From Candidatus Bathyarchaeota archaeon (lineage in GTDB: Archaea > Thermoproteota > Bathyarchaeia > Bathyarchaeales > SOJC01), in contig JAGLZW010000007.1 in the NCBI GenBank assembly GCA_023131225.1, positions 24,289 through 88,288 of the forward strand: a stretch of DNA of 64,000 bases, in the 5' to 3' direction. The notes under the pieces are model-generated. The model worked only from the letters and a program-made list of their open reading frames with translations, was not told the origin of the DNA and made no database searches. Made by a program: the position numbers and the translations under genes. Below are positions 1-9,557 of the stretch, piece by piece. How positions within the stretch are numbered: position 1 is the stretch's first letter; the number at the start of each line of letters is the position of its first letter.

Positions 1-2
1 AG

Positions 3-677
3 CCTCTCGTGAGAACCGACAGCTTTAGCAACGGTCTATTCTATATTCAAGACAAAGCAAGTTGCCTAGCTGCAGAGGTGGCTGCCCCCGAAGCTGGCAT
101 GACCTTGTTGGATGTCTGTGCAGCACCTGGCGCAAAAACCACATATCTAGCTCAGTTAATGGAAAATCAAGGCATAATTTACTCAGTAGATTATTCCAAG
201 CGGAGAATGAAAGTTTGGGAACGTGGAATCAAGAGAATGGGTGTAAAAAATGCCCAGCCCGCTGTTTGGGATGCGTGTAATCCCTTGCCTATCCACGATG
301 TTAAGGCTGACCTTGTTGTTTTGGATCCGCCTTGTACCAGCACTGGAGCGTTCAGTCGGACACCCTCGGCTAAGTGGCGGCTTTCTAAACGGTCAATAAA
401 GAATATGGCGGCGATTCAGTGGAAAATGCTAAACAATTGCGCTAATCTCGTGAAGGAAGGCGGTAGCCTAGTCTACTCAACGTGCAGTATAACTGTTGAA
501 GAAAACGAGATTTTGATTGAGCGATTTCTAAAGTTGAACCCCGAGTTCGCATTAGCAGAAACCAAACCTCGAATAGGAGAACCAGGACTTCGAGGTCAAA
601 CCAGTAGCCAACGCCTGTATCCACACATTCATGAATGTAATGGTTTTTTCATCGCAAAGCTTGCAAAATACGGTTAG
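3..677 (+). CDS. NOL1/NOP2/Sun-family RNA cytosine-C5 methyltransferase, C-terminal part (5' end outside window)
   Basis: Frame stays open to the window edge. SAM pocket DVCAAPGAKT, catalytic motif IV LDPPCTSTG and motif VI YSTCSI are present. Confidence 0.85.
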   Translation, partial: PLVRTDSFSNGLFYIQDKASCLAAEVAAPEAGMTLLDVCAAPGAKTTYLAQLMENQGIIYSVDYSKRRMKVWERGIKRMGVKNAQPAVWDACNPLPIHDVKADLVVLDPPCTSTGAFSRTPSAKWRLSKRSIKNMAAIQWKMLNNCANLVKEGGSLVYSTCSITVEENEILIERFLKLNPEFALAETKPRIGEPGLRGQTSSQRLYPHIHECNGFFIAKLAKYG

Positions 678-1567
678 CGTTTCCGTGTTCTTTCAGTTTG
701 GCAGAGGGCTTCTAAAAGTATTTTTGCGGCTTGAATTGCTGTAACCGCATTATCGTAAGGCGGTGTCACTTCTACCAAATCTATACCAACTGTGCGGGTG
801 TCGCAGAAGCTGCAAATGAGGTCTAAGAGAGCGTGGATAGATAGTCCATCTGGCTCTGGGTTTTGCACTGCTGGTGCAAAGGCTGGGTCAAGCACGTCCA
901 TGTCTATTGTCAAATAGGTTCTTTTACAGTTTTCCACAGCTTTTTTGATGGCTTTGACCGTTGTTTCCAACCCGTTTTCCAGTATCTGTTTCGTTGTAAA
1001 GTATTGTATTCCAGCTTCCCTTGCGTAGGTTAATTCTTCTTTGCAGACAGCTCTCGTGCCCACTTCTACAATTTTTTCGGGTTTTACTTGCTCGTTGAGC
1101 CTTCGCATAAAGGTTGTGTGACTTGTGGTCAAGTCCATATACTTGTCGCGAAGGTCTAAATGAGCATCAAAACTTATCACCGCCGTGCTCCTGCCGGTCA
1201 CGCCGTGCATTGCACCTAAGGTGAGGGTGTGCTCTCCACCGATAAGCAAAGGTGTTTTCTTGGATTCTACCAAATCTCTTACTGTGTCTTCAAGGCGTTT
1301 TAAGGTTATTTCCACGTTGTTGCTGATGTGGAGGTCGCCCAAGTCGTGAATCCTCAAGTCTTCTGCGTCAAGGTTTGAGCGGAAGCTGAAGGTTTCAAGA
1401 TTTAGTGATGCTTCTCGTATGGCGAGAGGTGCGAACCTTGCGCCTGTTCTGTAAGTGCTGGTTACGTCAAATGGGACACCGATGACGATGTAATCGGCTT
1501 GCTCAAATGGTGTTTGGCATCCGCTGAAGATGGGAGAGTGTGAAACGTAAAGTTCGAAGTTGCTCAT
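674..1567 (-). CDS. speB: Agmatinase (arginase/ureohydrolase family)
   Basis: Mn-binding signatures GGEHTLT, DAHLDLRD and TIDMDVLDPAFAP; length about 297 aa. Confidence 0.85.
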   Translation of the reverse strand: MSNFELYVSHSPIFSGCQTPFEQADYIVIGVPFDVTSTYRTGARFAPLAIREASLNLETFSFRSNLDAEDLRIHDLGDLHISNNVEITLKRLEDTVRDLVESKKTPLLIGGEHTLTLGAMHGVTGRSTAVISFDAHLDLRDKYMDLTTSHTTFMRRLNEQVKPEKIVEVGTRAVCKEELTYAREAGIQYFTTKQILENGLETTVKAIKKAVENCKRTYLTIDMDVLDPAFAPAVQNPEPDGLSIHALLDLICSFCDTRTVGIDLVEVTPPYDNAVTAIQAAKILLEALCQTERTRKR

Positions 1568-1647
1568 GTTCTCATCTACTATTCCTATCGAGTCTACTAA
1601 TCCTAAATGTTTTTGCTGGGTTAACGGGAGAAATCATGTGTTAGTTT

Positions 1648-2085
1648 TCATTTTGGATAAGATTTCTTGTGTTTATGTGTGGTGTTATAAGCAAAAATGC
1701 GTGCATGCTTTAGGGCTGAATTGAAATGTTTAGATGTTTCTTTCTCAACTTCCCTTGCGCTTAAGTCAAGTTTCGCCAGATGAATCATCTCATACAGTAA
1801 ACCGTAAGAAGGTAGGTTGTGTCCTCGTTTGTGTTTGTTGACCAAATATATGATTGCCTCACCTGTTGGCAATCTTCCACAGCAACCCCCCAACTCCTCT
1901 TCTTCTTGAAGCTTCCCAAGGGTACGTTCCATCTCAACTATCGAGTCGTAAATTGGAGTTCCAGGAAGCACATAACGTAATTCGCCAAAGCTAAAACTTC
2001 CAAAACGTTTCTCTACATAGTCTTTAAAACCTTGAATTAGCGGTATCTGGCTTTTGGGAGGTTTCACATAAGATCTAGGCTCTGC
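1648..2085 (-). CDS. Hypothetical protein
   Basis: ORF trimmed to the internal ATG (MAEPRSY...). The 53 upstream codons look like read-through of an AT-rich spacer. No recognisable motif. Confidence 0.4.
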   Translation of the reverse strand, partial: AEPRSYVKPPKSQIPLIQGFKDYVEKRFGSFSFGELRYVLPGTPIYDSIVEMERTLGKLQEEEELGGCCGRLPTGEAIIYLVNKHKRGHNLPSYGLLYEMIHLAKLDLSAREVEKETSKHFNSALKHARIFAYNTTHKHKKSYPK

Positions 2086-2343
2086 CATAACTTGAAATAG
2101 GTAAAACTGACTATTCAATTTTATGAGCGTGCAAGCTATCTGATAAAAAATTGTAGTCGCTAAAAGTATTATTCTAATGGGTTTAATCCGTGTAATGTGC
2201 TTGAATAATGTTGTGTGCGCAGAGATAGGTTTATTCTTACACATGTTAGAGTTGTCTCGGGTAAAATCTTTTTTCCTCTCTTGAGAGGTGTTTGTTAATG
2301 TTTTCTTGAGGTTTAAAAGCGGCTTAGCATCATACTGTTATTC

Positions 2344-3087
2344 ATGAGCGAAGTCACATCGTTGAAGCCTGAAGAAGATGCATTTGGTCAGAAACTGTGG
2401 GCTGCTTTCAAGGGAGACCAAGTGTTCGAAATAGTAGAGAGAGATGATAGATATATCGATGCAATGAGTTTGAAAGGCTATTTTTCTAATTTCAAAGGCT
2501 GGCACTCAATCGAGCAAAAGGCAATGGATCATGTTAAAGGAAGAGTTCTGGACATAGGTTGCGGAGCCGGTAGGCATTCGCTTTATTTGCAGAAGAGGGG
2601 TTTTGATGTGCTTGGAATCGATATTTCACCTCTTGCTGTCAAGACCTGCAGGGAAAGGGGATTGGGGCAAGTTGAAATCATGTCAATTGAAGAGGCGAGC
2701 TTCCCGATTAATTCGTTTGACACGATTATAATGATGGGAAACAACTTCGGGCTATTTGGCAGCTTAAGGAAGGCAAGAAGGCTCCTTAGGAGATTCCATA
2801 AGATGACTTCAAAAAGCGCAGTCATTATAGCTGCAACTCGTGATCCTTACAAAACTGAAATCCCTGCGCACTTGGAATATCACAAATCCAACAGAGCAAA
2901 GGGAAGAATGGCGGGACAAGTGAGAATTAGATCAAGATTCCGGAAATATGTTGGACGATGGTTTGATTATTTAATGGTATCTAAAGAAGAGATGAGAGAA
3001 ATACTCAAGGGAACAGGGTGGAAAGTCAGGCAGTTCATAGATTCTGAGAACGCAAATTACATAGCTATCATTGGAAAAGAAGGGTAA
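2344..3087 (+). CDS. Class I SAM-dependent methyltransferase
   Basis: Motif [13 protein letters not shown] followed by an acidic loop (VLGIDIS); typical length of about 250 aa. Confidence 0.8.
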   Translation: MSEVTSLKPEEDAFGQKLWAAFKGDQVFEIVERDDRYIDAMSLKGYFSNFKGWHSIEQKAMDHVKGRVLDIGCGAGRHSLYLQKRGFDVLGIDISPLAVKTCRERGLGQVEIMSIEEASFPINSFDTIIMMGNNFGLFGSLRKARRLLRRFHKMTSKSAVIIAATRDPYKTEIPAHLEYHKSNRAKGRMAGQVRIRSRFRKYVGRWFDYLMVSKEEMREILKGTGWKVRQFIDSENANYIAIIGKEG

Positions 3088-3142
3088 CGTTCACCTAACT
3101 TTGCACGCGTGCACAATGAGGAAATAGATTTATTACTTAATT

Positions 3143-3556
3143 GTGTATAGCGATAGTCTAAAAGAAGGCTTCAGTATGGGTTTGCGGTCGAGATTAGAAA
3201 TAGAGTACAAAGGCCTGTTCTTTTCCGCCCTTTTCTACTTGGCAGCATGTGTTGCAAACTTTATTATCCTAGGAGTATATGGCTTGGGCCTTTTTCACGT
3301 AGCTTTTATGGCGGTTCTAAGCTTGATTGCTGCCTTTGGACTGTATCGACTGCAACGCTGGTCTTTATGGCTCGTTGTCAGCCTGTTCTTCATCGCCACA
3401 ACTCATATCGCCTTCATGCTTAACATTTCAATTGTAAACTACACAGCAAACGCAGATTTGAGCAATCTATTGGCTATTATAGCGTGGACAACATATTTGA
3501 TACTCACTTGGATAGCAACAATATATGTTGCTGCAAAAAGGAAGAATCTAAAATAG
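3143..3556 (+). CDS. Small integral membrane protein, unknown function
   Basis: Four long hydrophobic segments in a 137-aa ORF. Confidence 0.45.
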   Translation: MYSDSLKEGFSMGLRSRLEIEYKGLFFSALFYLAACVANFIILGVYGLGLFHVAFMAVLSLIAAFGLYRLQRWSLWLVVSLFFIATTHIAFMLNISIVNYTANADLSNLLAIIAWTTYLILTWIATIYVAAKRKNLK

Positions 3557-3563
3557 AAAGGTT

Positions 3564-4808
3564 TCAATTCTCCAAAGTTTTGAACAGGAAAACTTTGACT
3601 TCTTTTCCAGCCTCCACAAATTGTTGAGTTTCCTTTAATTCCACATACCCATCTGCCTTTGCCAACGTTGTAATAGCGCCTGACTGCCCGGTTGGAACTG
3701 GAGAAGCTAACCATCGACCAGCATCGTCACGCGAAAGAGTGACAGTGATGAAAGTTCGCCGCCCTCGTGCTGAAAACAGTTTTTCTCTGATAACTGCCTT
3801 TATGGTGGTATGTGGTTTCATCTTCTTTCCAGCAATCTTGAATAGTATTGGTCGCACAAGCAGATGAAACATCAGAAGCGAAGATGTAGGATGACCTGGA
3901 AGCGAAAAAATGGGCTTGTTACCGACAATCGCGACTGCAAGAGGCTTTCCTGGCTTAGTGGCTACGCCGTGAACCACTAACCCGGGGTTCCCGAAGTCAT
4001 CTATAATTTTTGGAACAATGTCTTTTGGCCCAACAGAAACTCCTCCCGAGGTTATAACGATGTCCGCTGCGTTCATCGCCTTCCTTAGCGTCGCTTTCAG
4101 CAATTCTTCATCGTCTTTAACAACTCCAAAGCCAATTGGCTCCCCACCACTTTCTGAGATTGCTGCAGTTAACGTATAGGTATTTATGTCGTAGATTTTT
4201 CCAGGTAGCAAAGGCTTTCCAGGATCAACTATTTCCGCTCCTGTGGAAATAATCGCAACTTTAGGTTGCTTAAACACCTTTACGCGTGTAAACCCTAATG
4301 CCGCTAGTACTCCTAACTCGCGAGAGGACAGGACATTCCTACACTTTAGTACGGTCTCATTTCTGTGGATGTCAGAACCTATCCCCATTATGTTTTCGCC
4401 CTTCGCTGCCGGTTTGAAGACGAATATTTTTCCGTTTTTTTCTGTGGTGTTTTCCACCATGACAATTGCATCGGAATTAGCAGGTAATGGTGCACCAGTC
4501 ATAATTTCTAAAGTGCTGCCTTTTTCCACAGTTAAGCTCGAGATTTCGCCTACGGTGACGCTTCCTTTCAATGTCAACACTGCTGGTTTTTCCTCATTAG
4601 CGTTGAATGTGTCTTCAGCTTTGACTGCGTATCCGTCTACTGTTGAGCGGTGAAATGGCGGAACGTCGATAGGCGAAGTAATATCTTCAGCTAATACACG
4701 TCTAACAGCTTTCAATAGAGGAATCTCTTCGATTCCAATAGGCTTTGGACAAAGCGCTTCTTGGATTCTTTTCTTTGCTTCGTCTAGGCTAATTAGTTTC
4801 TTAAACAT
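3564..4808 (-). CDS. moeA: Molybdopterin molybdenumtransferase MoeA (copy 2 of a tandem pair)
   Basis: MoeA signatures RSTVDGYAV and TSGGVSVGPKD; 414 aa; overlaps the upstream paralog by 8 nt. Confidence 0.85.
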   Translation of the reverse strand: MFKKLISLDEAKKRIQEALCPKPIGIEEIPLLKAVRRVLAEDITSPIDVPPFHRSTVDGYAVKAEDTFNANEEKPAVLTLKGSVTVGEISSLTVEKGSTLEIMTGAPLPANSDAIVMVENTTEKNGKIFVFKPAAKGENIMGIGSDIHRNETVLKCRNVLSSRELGVLAALGFTRVKVFKQPKVAIISTGAEIVDPGKPLLPGKIYDINTYTLTAAISESGGEPIGFGVVKDDEELLKATLRKAMNAADIVITSGGVSVGPKDIVPKIIDDFGNPGLVVHGVATKPGKPLAVAIVGNKPIFSLPGHPTSSLLMFHLLVRPILFKIAGKKMKPHTTIKAVIREKLFSARGRRTFITVTLSRDDAGRWLASPVPTGQSGAITTLAKADGYVELKETQQFVEAGKEVKVFLFKTLEN

Positions 4809-6048
4809 TTTTTACTTCCTCTTTTATGGTATCAAAAAGATGGACAGTGACTATTTCATTTTCTCTCAAGCCTTCTCTATCTTCAGGGATAACAACGTAA
4901 CCATTTGCTTTTGTCATCGTTGTTATGATACTTGAGCCTTTAACACGAATCGGCTCGGCTAGAAACTCACCGTCCTTTTCTACTACTTTCACTCTTAGAA
5001 AAACACGTCGACCTAAAACTCCCGCGACTCTCCGCGTCAGTTTAGCTTTTAACTTCACTCTTGTGTCATTCCTTATTCCTAGTAGTTTTTGTATAAGTGG
5101 ACGAGCAAAAACTTCAAATCCTACTACTGCAGCCACAGGATTTCCCGATAAGATTATTACTGGCTTTCCATGTACAACAGCAAGTGCAGTAGGCATGCTT
5201 GGGCGCATGGCTATCCCGTGGGCAACGACGCTGTGACGTTCTATTTGTTCAATTACTTTTGGCACAACATCATGAATGCCAACGCTTGTTCCGCCGGTTG
5301 TAATTACAATATCTGCCTTCGCTAAGCCCTCACAAATTTTCTCTTTAATCTCGTTCTCGTTGTCGGTTGCGATGCCGAGGCTAAAGGCCTCTGCTCCTAG
5401 TTCAGTACACATCCCTGATAAGATTATGCTGTTAACCTCAATAATTTGGTTCGGCTCCAACTTGTCTCCCAATGCGACAAGTTCGTTGCCCGTTGGCAGT
5501 ATTGCGGCCCTCGGCTTTCTCACAACTTCAATTCCCTGTGTCCCTGACGCGGCTAGCAAGCCCAGATGATGTGGTTTTAGCTCTACTCCGTCCTCTACCG
5601 CAGGGTCGCCTTTTTTCAGGTCTTCGCCTTTCTTGGAAACATTCGCGCCGGGCGTCAAAGAAATGAGAACTTCAATTTTTCCATCTGCCTTTCTTGTGTG
5701 TTCTAGCATTACAACTGTGTCGGCGCCTTTCGGAAGGAAGGTCCCTGTCCATATTTCACTTGCTTCTCCCTTTTCTACAGTTTCCTTTTTGACGAGATGG
5801 AGAGTTTTTGGTTGAAATTGTGAAGCTTCAAAAGTGTCCTTTGCTTTTAGTGCGTATCCATCCATTGCTGAGCGGTCAAAAGGGGGCAAGTTTCTCTCTG
5901 CGATGATGCTTTTAGCGGTGACTCGTCCCATTGCTTGTTCTATGGGAATGAGGAGGGTGTCTAGTCTTTTTGGTTGAAGCACCTTAAAGAATTCGTTCAA
6001 TGCTTTTTTGACAGGTGTGAGTTCTTGAAAACCTTTAAGCTGTGCCAA
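4801..6048 (-). CDS. moeA: Molybdopterin molybdenumtransferase MoeA (copy 1 of a tandem pair)
   Basis: RSAMDGYAL and TTGGTSVGIHD; 415 aa; collinear with the neighbouring MoeA. Confidence 0.85.
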   Translation of the reverse strand: MAQLKGFQELTPVKKALNEFFKVLQPKRLDTLLIPIEQAMGRVTAKSIIAERNLPPFDRSAMDGYALKAKDTFEASQFQPKTLHLVKKETVEKGEASEIWTGTFLPKGADTVVMLEHTRKADGKIEVLISLTPGANVSKKGEDLKKGDPAVEDGVELKPHHLGLLAASGTQGIEVVRKPRAAILPTGNELVALGDKLEPNQIIEVNSIILSGMCTELGAEAFSLGIATDNENEIKEKICEGLAKADIVITTGGTSVGIHDVVPKVIEQIERHSVVAHGIAMRPSMPTALAVVHGKPVIILSGNPVAAVVGFEVFARPLIQKLLGIRNDTRVKLKAKLTRRVAGVLGRRVFLRVKVVEKDGEFLAEPIRVKGSSIITTMTKANGYVVIPEDREGLRENEIVTVHLFDTIKEEVKNV

Positions 6049-6090
6049 TTAGGCGCACCACTTCATTGCAAGAGGGCATTATAGAAAAAC

Positions 6091-6969
6091 TTATCGTAGT
6101 ACAATGAGGGATTGCAGTTTTTGGTGGAAGATGTCGCGCATTTTTTTGGCGTCTTCGTCGAGAAGTGGGGTTTCACAGATAATTACTGGTTTTATGTCAA
6201 GGTTTGCTATGACTTCTGCTAGTAGCCTAAATTTTGGTCCATACCCCGGCGTGTCCAAGGGATGGTGGCGTCTTTCTCCTCGGAAAGTATATTCAACTTG
6301 TGAAAAGTGGCAGTGAAGATTTTTTGCTACTTCGGTGCCGAGGCGATTTTCGATTTTTTCGATTACTTGTTGGAAATCGTTAGTGGTTCGAAGGTTACCC
6401 CTTTGCCTTGCATGGAGGTGTGCCCAGTCAATAACGGGTTGGGTTTGTTCTACATTTTCGCATAAGGTTATAATTTCTTCGAGGCTTCCAAGCTGAGCGA
6501 GTTTCCCTGAGGTTTCAGGTCCGAGGTTTGCTTTTATGTTCATTGACTGCATGACTTGTGTGATTTCTCTGAGTGCTTTTATGCAGTTTTGCAAGTCTTT
6601 TTTGTGAGATTGCTTTTGACTGTAGTAGCCTGGGTGAAAGACGATTGTGTGGGCTTTCATCCATTGAGCGGCGGTGGCACAAGCGATTAGGCGTTTTTTG
6701 CTTGCTTCGAGTGTTTCTTTGTTGCTGAGGAGGTTTATGTAGTAGGAGCCGTGGATTGTCAGCCAGATGTCGTGTTTTTCAGCGTTTTTTCCTAGTTTTT
6801 CGGCTTCTTCTTGTTTTATCTGGGTTTTTCTTCCCCATCGTACGGCTTCGTATTCTAGAGCATCCAATTCTTCTTCTCGGAGAAAACGAGGGAGTTCGCT
6901 GATTGGTGTTTTTAGTTCTTTAAACCAATATGGGATTCCTGCAGTGCCGAATCTTGGTCTGTCTGGCAT
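6091..6969 (-). CDS. nfo: Endonuclease IV family TIM-barrel protein
   Basis: Order of metal-ligand blocks as in Nfo: IHGSYYINL, VFHPG, GPETSG, DWAHLHA, HCHFS...RRHH, ICETP. Confidence 0.7.
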   Translation of the reverse strand: MPDRPRFGTAGIPYWFKELKTPISELPRFLREEELDALEYEAVRWGRKTQIKQEEAEKLGKNAEKHDIWLTIHGSYYINLLSNKETLEASKKRLIACATAAQWMKAHTIVFHPGYYSQKQSHKKDLQNCIKALREITQVMQSMNIKANLGPETSGKLAQLGSLEEIITLCENVEQTQPVIDWAHLHARQRGNLRTTNDFQQVIEKIENRLGTEVAKNLHCHFSQVEYTFRGERRHHPLDTPGYGPKFRLLAEVIANLDIKPVIICETPLLDEDAKKMRDIFHQKLQSLIVLR

Positions 6970-6975
6970 GTTTGT

Positions 6976-7848
6976 TTACCGTCTGTAGCGGCGGATCTTG
7001 ATGTATTGACTGTATAGGAGTGTTATGATGGCAACAGTCCACGCGGCAGTGTTCTGGATTATGAGGTATTTTTCAGTTGAGTTGAGGGAGACAAGGCCGT
7101 TTGTTATGGTTGAAGCTGTCCCTTCGAGAGTGTTGTGGAATGCAGGAGCGGCAGCGATTAGCGCGTTCTGTATCGTCGTTGTTATAGCACCTATAGGCGG
7201 AATTGTGTTCACAATGGTTTCGGAGGCTTTTATGGTTGAGGTGACGAAGCTAAGGAAAGCGGCGTTCCATTGATAGAAGTTGGCGGTAGCGGTTGGGATG
7301 AATTTTGGGTAAGCTGCAATGGTGACGAGGAGGATTATGATGATGAAAGTGGCTGTGATGGTTATGGCGCTTTTTATAATCGCTCTTGCTAGGATTACCC
7401 TGCGTTCAATATAGGCGATGGTTGGGGTTTTTAGAATTTTGTTCTTAATTTTTCTCGTTGCTCTTCGAAGTTTTTTGTAGAATTTTCGTAAGGGTTTCAG
7501 GCGGGTCGGCTTTTTGCGGATTTCTGGTCTGTGTGGTTTTTTAAGGGTTTGAGTCTTTGCTGGTACGGTAGCGGTGTGGATTGTGAGGTGAGTGAAGCTC
7601 GCAGTCAGAGAGATTATGACTGCTGAGGGGAAGAAGTGATATAGAAAACTTAAAGTGATGTTGAAGATTGGCAGGGTGACCGCAGTTGAATCTTCAGTGC
7701 CCATGGGGATGGTGAGTGCGATGATGATGTATTGTATTAAGATGGCGATTATGATGAAAAGGAGGATGGCTAGGAGATTTCTAGGGGTGGTCCAGTTGAA
7801 TATGAGGCGTTTTCTGGGTTGGGTGACCATTTGCTTTATCACTTGCAA
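6976..7848 (-). CDS. Membrane protein with a Lys/Arg-rich central linker, unknown function
   Basis: Hydrophobic helices flank KKPHRPEIRKKPTRLKPLRKFYKKLRRATRKIKNK. Confidence 0.5.
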   Translation of the reverse strand: MQVIKQMVTQPRKRLIFNWTTPRNLLAILLFIIIAILIQYIIIALTIPMGTEDSTAVTLPIFNITLSFLYHFFPSAVIISLTASFTHLTIHTATVPAKTQTLKKPHRPEIRKKPTRLKPLRKFYKKLRRATRKIKNKILKTPTIAYIERRVILARAIIKSAITITATFIIIILLVTIAAYPKFIPTATANFYQWNAAFLSFVTSTIKASETIVNTIPPIGAITTTIQNALIAAAPAFHNTLEGTASTITNGLVSLNSTEKYLIIQNTAAWTVAIITLLYSQYIKIRRYRR

Positions 7849-7863
7849 TGGGTAAATTTGTTT

Positions 7864-7896
7864 GTAGTAAGGTGGGGCTAAATATCAACTTTGCCA
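7864..7896 (+). repeat. tRNA-3'-like relic, family B copy 0 (weakest copy)
   Basis: GGTGGGGCTAAATATCAACTTTGCCA resembles copy 18171-18235 (CATGGGTTCGAATCCAACCTTGCCGG); roughly 15 of 22 core positions by hand alignment. Confidence 0.3.
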
Positions 7897-7957
7897 TTTT
7901 CTAATTTGTCTAAGTATCCTCCAAAACTCTCTACACTACTTTCTGAGCGCGCAAGTT

Positions 7958-8056
7958 CTAAGGGTTGTATTTTTCTCCATAGCTTTCAGCTATCTTCGCA
8001 AGATCAAATATGTCAGTGAGCCGCGCGCATCGTATTGCGATATAACTCTTGTGGCT
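7958..8056 (-). pseudogene. Remnant of the C-terminus of a dockerin-type protein (32 codons between stops)
   Basis: Minus-strand translation ...LTDIFDLAKIAESYGEKYNP* matches the C-terminus ...VIDIHDVATMCMSYGEEYNP* of CDS 11053-11760. The DNA around the stop is also similar (AGGGTTGTATTTTTCTCCATAGCT vs AGGGGTTGTATTCTTCTCCGTAGCT). Confidence 0.5.
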
Positions 8057-8140
8057 CTACCACAATAAGATCTCCCTAATGGAACATGTCTATGTTGTTC
8101 AAGAAGGAAAACTTGTTAAAGTTAAAGAATGATATTGCCA

Positions 8141-8180
8141 GCAGCCATGGTGTATGGAAAAGAGGAGCAAAGTCTAGGTA
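8141..8180 (+). repeat. Intergenic repeat family A, copy 1 (truncated by the NUDIX gene end)
   Basis: GCAGCCATGGTGTATGGAAAAGAGGAGCAAAGTCTAGGTA aligns with copies at 8704, 9395 and 10991. Confidence 0.6.
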
Positions 8181-8183
8181 ACA

Positions 8184-8642
8184 TCAGTTTGCTGATCTGA
8201 TGTATGGGTTTTCTTCAGTCCAATTTCTGTCATCTCGAAGAAGTTTCAATTTCGGAATAAACGCTTTGGGATAGAATACCGCTTTTTCTAGCTCTTCAAG
8301 AGTCATAAACAGTAATTCGATGTTTTCAGCCTCTGGAGTTGGCTTGAATTTGCCTCCTATTATGGTTGCTAAGAAAAACATTTCGATGGAGTGATAGGGA
8401 AATTGATATAAGAAGTCACGAACCCAGAGAAGACGATCAACTTTCGCGTTTAATCCAGTTTCTTCCTTTATCTCGCGGATTAGGCAGTCTTCTATCTTTT
8501 CCTTAAATTTGACGCCTCCACCTGGTAGTCTGTAGAAATCAGGTTTGGAACTTGAATGATGCTGAACAAGCACCTTACCATTTTCATCGAAAATAACGGC
8601 TCTAGTGCGAACCATGATGCGCTGGTTTCCCATTTCAATCAA
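8184..8642 (-). CDS. NUDIX hydrolase
   Basis: Complete Nudix box GGGVKFKEKIEDCLIREIKEETGL (G-x5-E-x7-REUxEExGU). Confidence 0.85.
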   Translation of the reverse strand: MIEMGNQRIMVRTRAVIFDENGKVLVQHHSSSKPDFYRLPGGGVKFKEKIEDCLIREIKEETGLNAKVDRLLWVRDFLYQFPYHSIEMFFLATIIGGKFKPTPEAENIELLFMTLEELEKAVFYPKAFIPKLKLLRDDRNWTEENPYIRSAN

Positions 8643-8703
8643 CTCTTACAAGATAAATCGGGATAAATAGGATTTTCGATTATTTATAATGGCAACCCTT
8701 CTG

Positions 8704-8796
8704 TCAATCATTGTGCACTGAAGAAATAGCAAAAGCTCACAAGGCACTAGACTTGGCTTGCTTTTAAATTGGAGTTTCTTCCACAAGTCATAAAAA
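8704..8796 (+). repeat. Intergenic repeat family A, copy 2 (full length, ends 5 nt before the 8801 start codon)
   Basis: Core TCAATCATTGTGCACTGAAGAAATAGCAAAAGCTCACAAGG plus distal box GTTTCTTCCACAAGTCATAAAAA. Confidence 0.6.
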
Positions 8797-8800
8797 TTCC

Positions 8801-9379
8801 ATGTACACTGTAATTGTGATGAGCTTGATTAAGGTAATCTTGGTTCCTGAGATTAAGCTATCTAATCAACAGAAACAAGGTATCGAAGAATTGGAAAGAT
8901 TGTGTTTTAGTGATGTTGATCCCAAAGAAGGTGAGGAATGTTTCTGTGCTGAGAGTTTTGCCAGAATCCTGGCATATAACAATAATGAGCTTGTTGGTCA
9001 TTTGATACTACACAAACGAGATATGAAGTTTGATGGAAGAAAGGTAGTTCTTGGTGGAGTAGTGGGAGCTTGTGTTACAGAACATATGAGAGGAAGAGGC
9101 ATTGCTACCAAGATGATGAAGAAAGGGTTGGAGGTTCTAAGAAAACAGAAGTGTGATGTTGCCTGTCTCAATGCTGATCCAGTGAAACGCAAGACTGCTT
9201 ATAGGTTGTACCAGAGGCTAGGGTTCAAATTAATGAAAAGGAAGATATCCTTTGAAGACATACATGGTAACATAAGATATGACACTGGAACCATGTTCAT
9301 CCTTCTACGTTCCAAAGAAATCTTCAATCACATAATGAACAGTAACAAGACATTCCACTATGGAAAGGGCTATTGGTGA
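8801..9379 (+). CDS. GNAT family N-acetyltransferase
   Basis: Acetyl-CoA motif A RGRGIATKMMKKGLEVL; length 192 aa. Confidence 0.75.
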   Translation: MYTVIVMSLIKVILVPEIKLSNQQKQGIEELERLCFSDVDPKEGEECFCAESFARILAYNNNELVGHLILHKRDMKFDGRKVVLGGVVGACVTEHMRGRGIATKMMKKGLEVLRKQKCDVACLNADPVKRKTAYRLYQRLGFKLMKRKISFEDIHGNIRYDTGTMFILLRSKEIFNHIMNSNKTFHYGKGYW

Positions 9380-9394
9380 CACTCTCTATCTTGT

Positions 9395-9510
9395 ATGATA
9401 GCAACTCTTCTAGCATCCTTGGTGTACAGAAGAAAAAGAGCAAAGTCTGACAAGGTTTAGCTGGAAAAATACTTGGCGTTAGAACCAGTTTCTTCCACAA
9501 ACCATAAGAA
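9395..9510 (+). repeat. Intergenic repeat family A, copy 3 (full length)
   Basis: ATGATAGCAACTCTTCTAGCATCCTTGGTGTACAGAAGAAAAAGAGCAAAGTCTGACAAGG plus distal box GTTTCTTCCACAAACCATAAGAA at 9488-9510, 47 nt before the 9558 start. Confidence 0.6.
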
Positions 9511-9557
9511 CCGAAGAAGATACCATTAGCTAAATCCCAGTCCTCAAGGAGAATGCT

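Noticed and set aside
4243-5815. Antisense ORFs inside the two moeA genes (4243-4653, 4925-5236, 5276-5569, 5472-5666, 5633-5815). Many similar shadow ORFs lie inside other long CDS, for example 28366-28647, 40433-41607 and 61976-62913.
   Set aside because: They are fully embedded opposite well-supported genes, have low-complexity Ser/Pro/Thr-rich translations and no motifs. They are typical shadow frames.
3564-6048. Tandem MoeA duplication as an unusual feature
   Set aside because: Two adjacent moeA paralogs are a common arrangement in archaea. Both copies look intact, so this is ordinary.
9377-9460. Possible TGA read-through extending the GNAT protein by HSLSCMIATLLASLVYRRKRAKSDKV (a C-terminal anchor-like tail)
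   Set aside because: The in-frame continuation lies inside repeat family A, whose other copies are not in frame with their upstream genes. There is no recoding signal, and coincidence is the simpler explanation.
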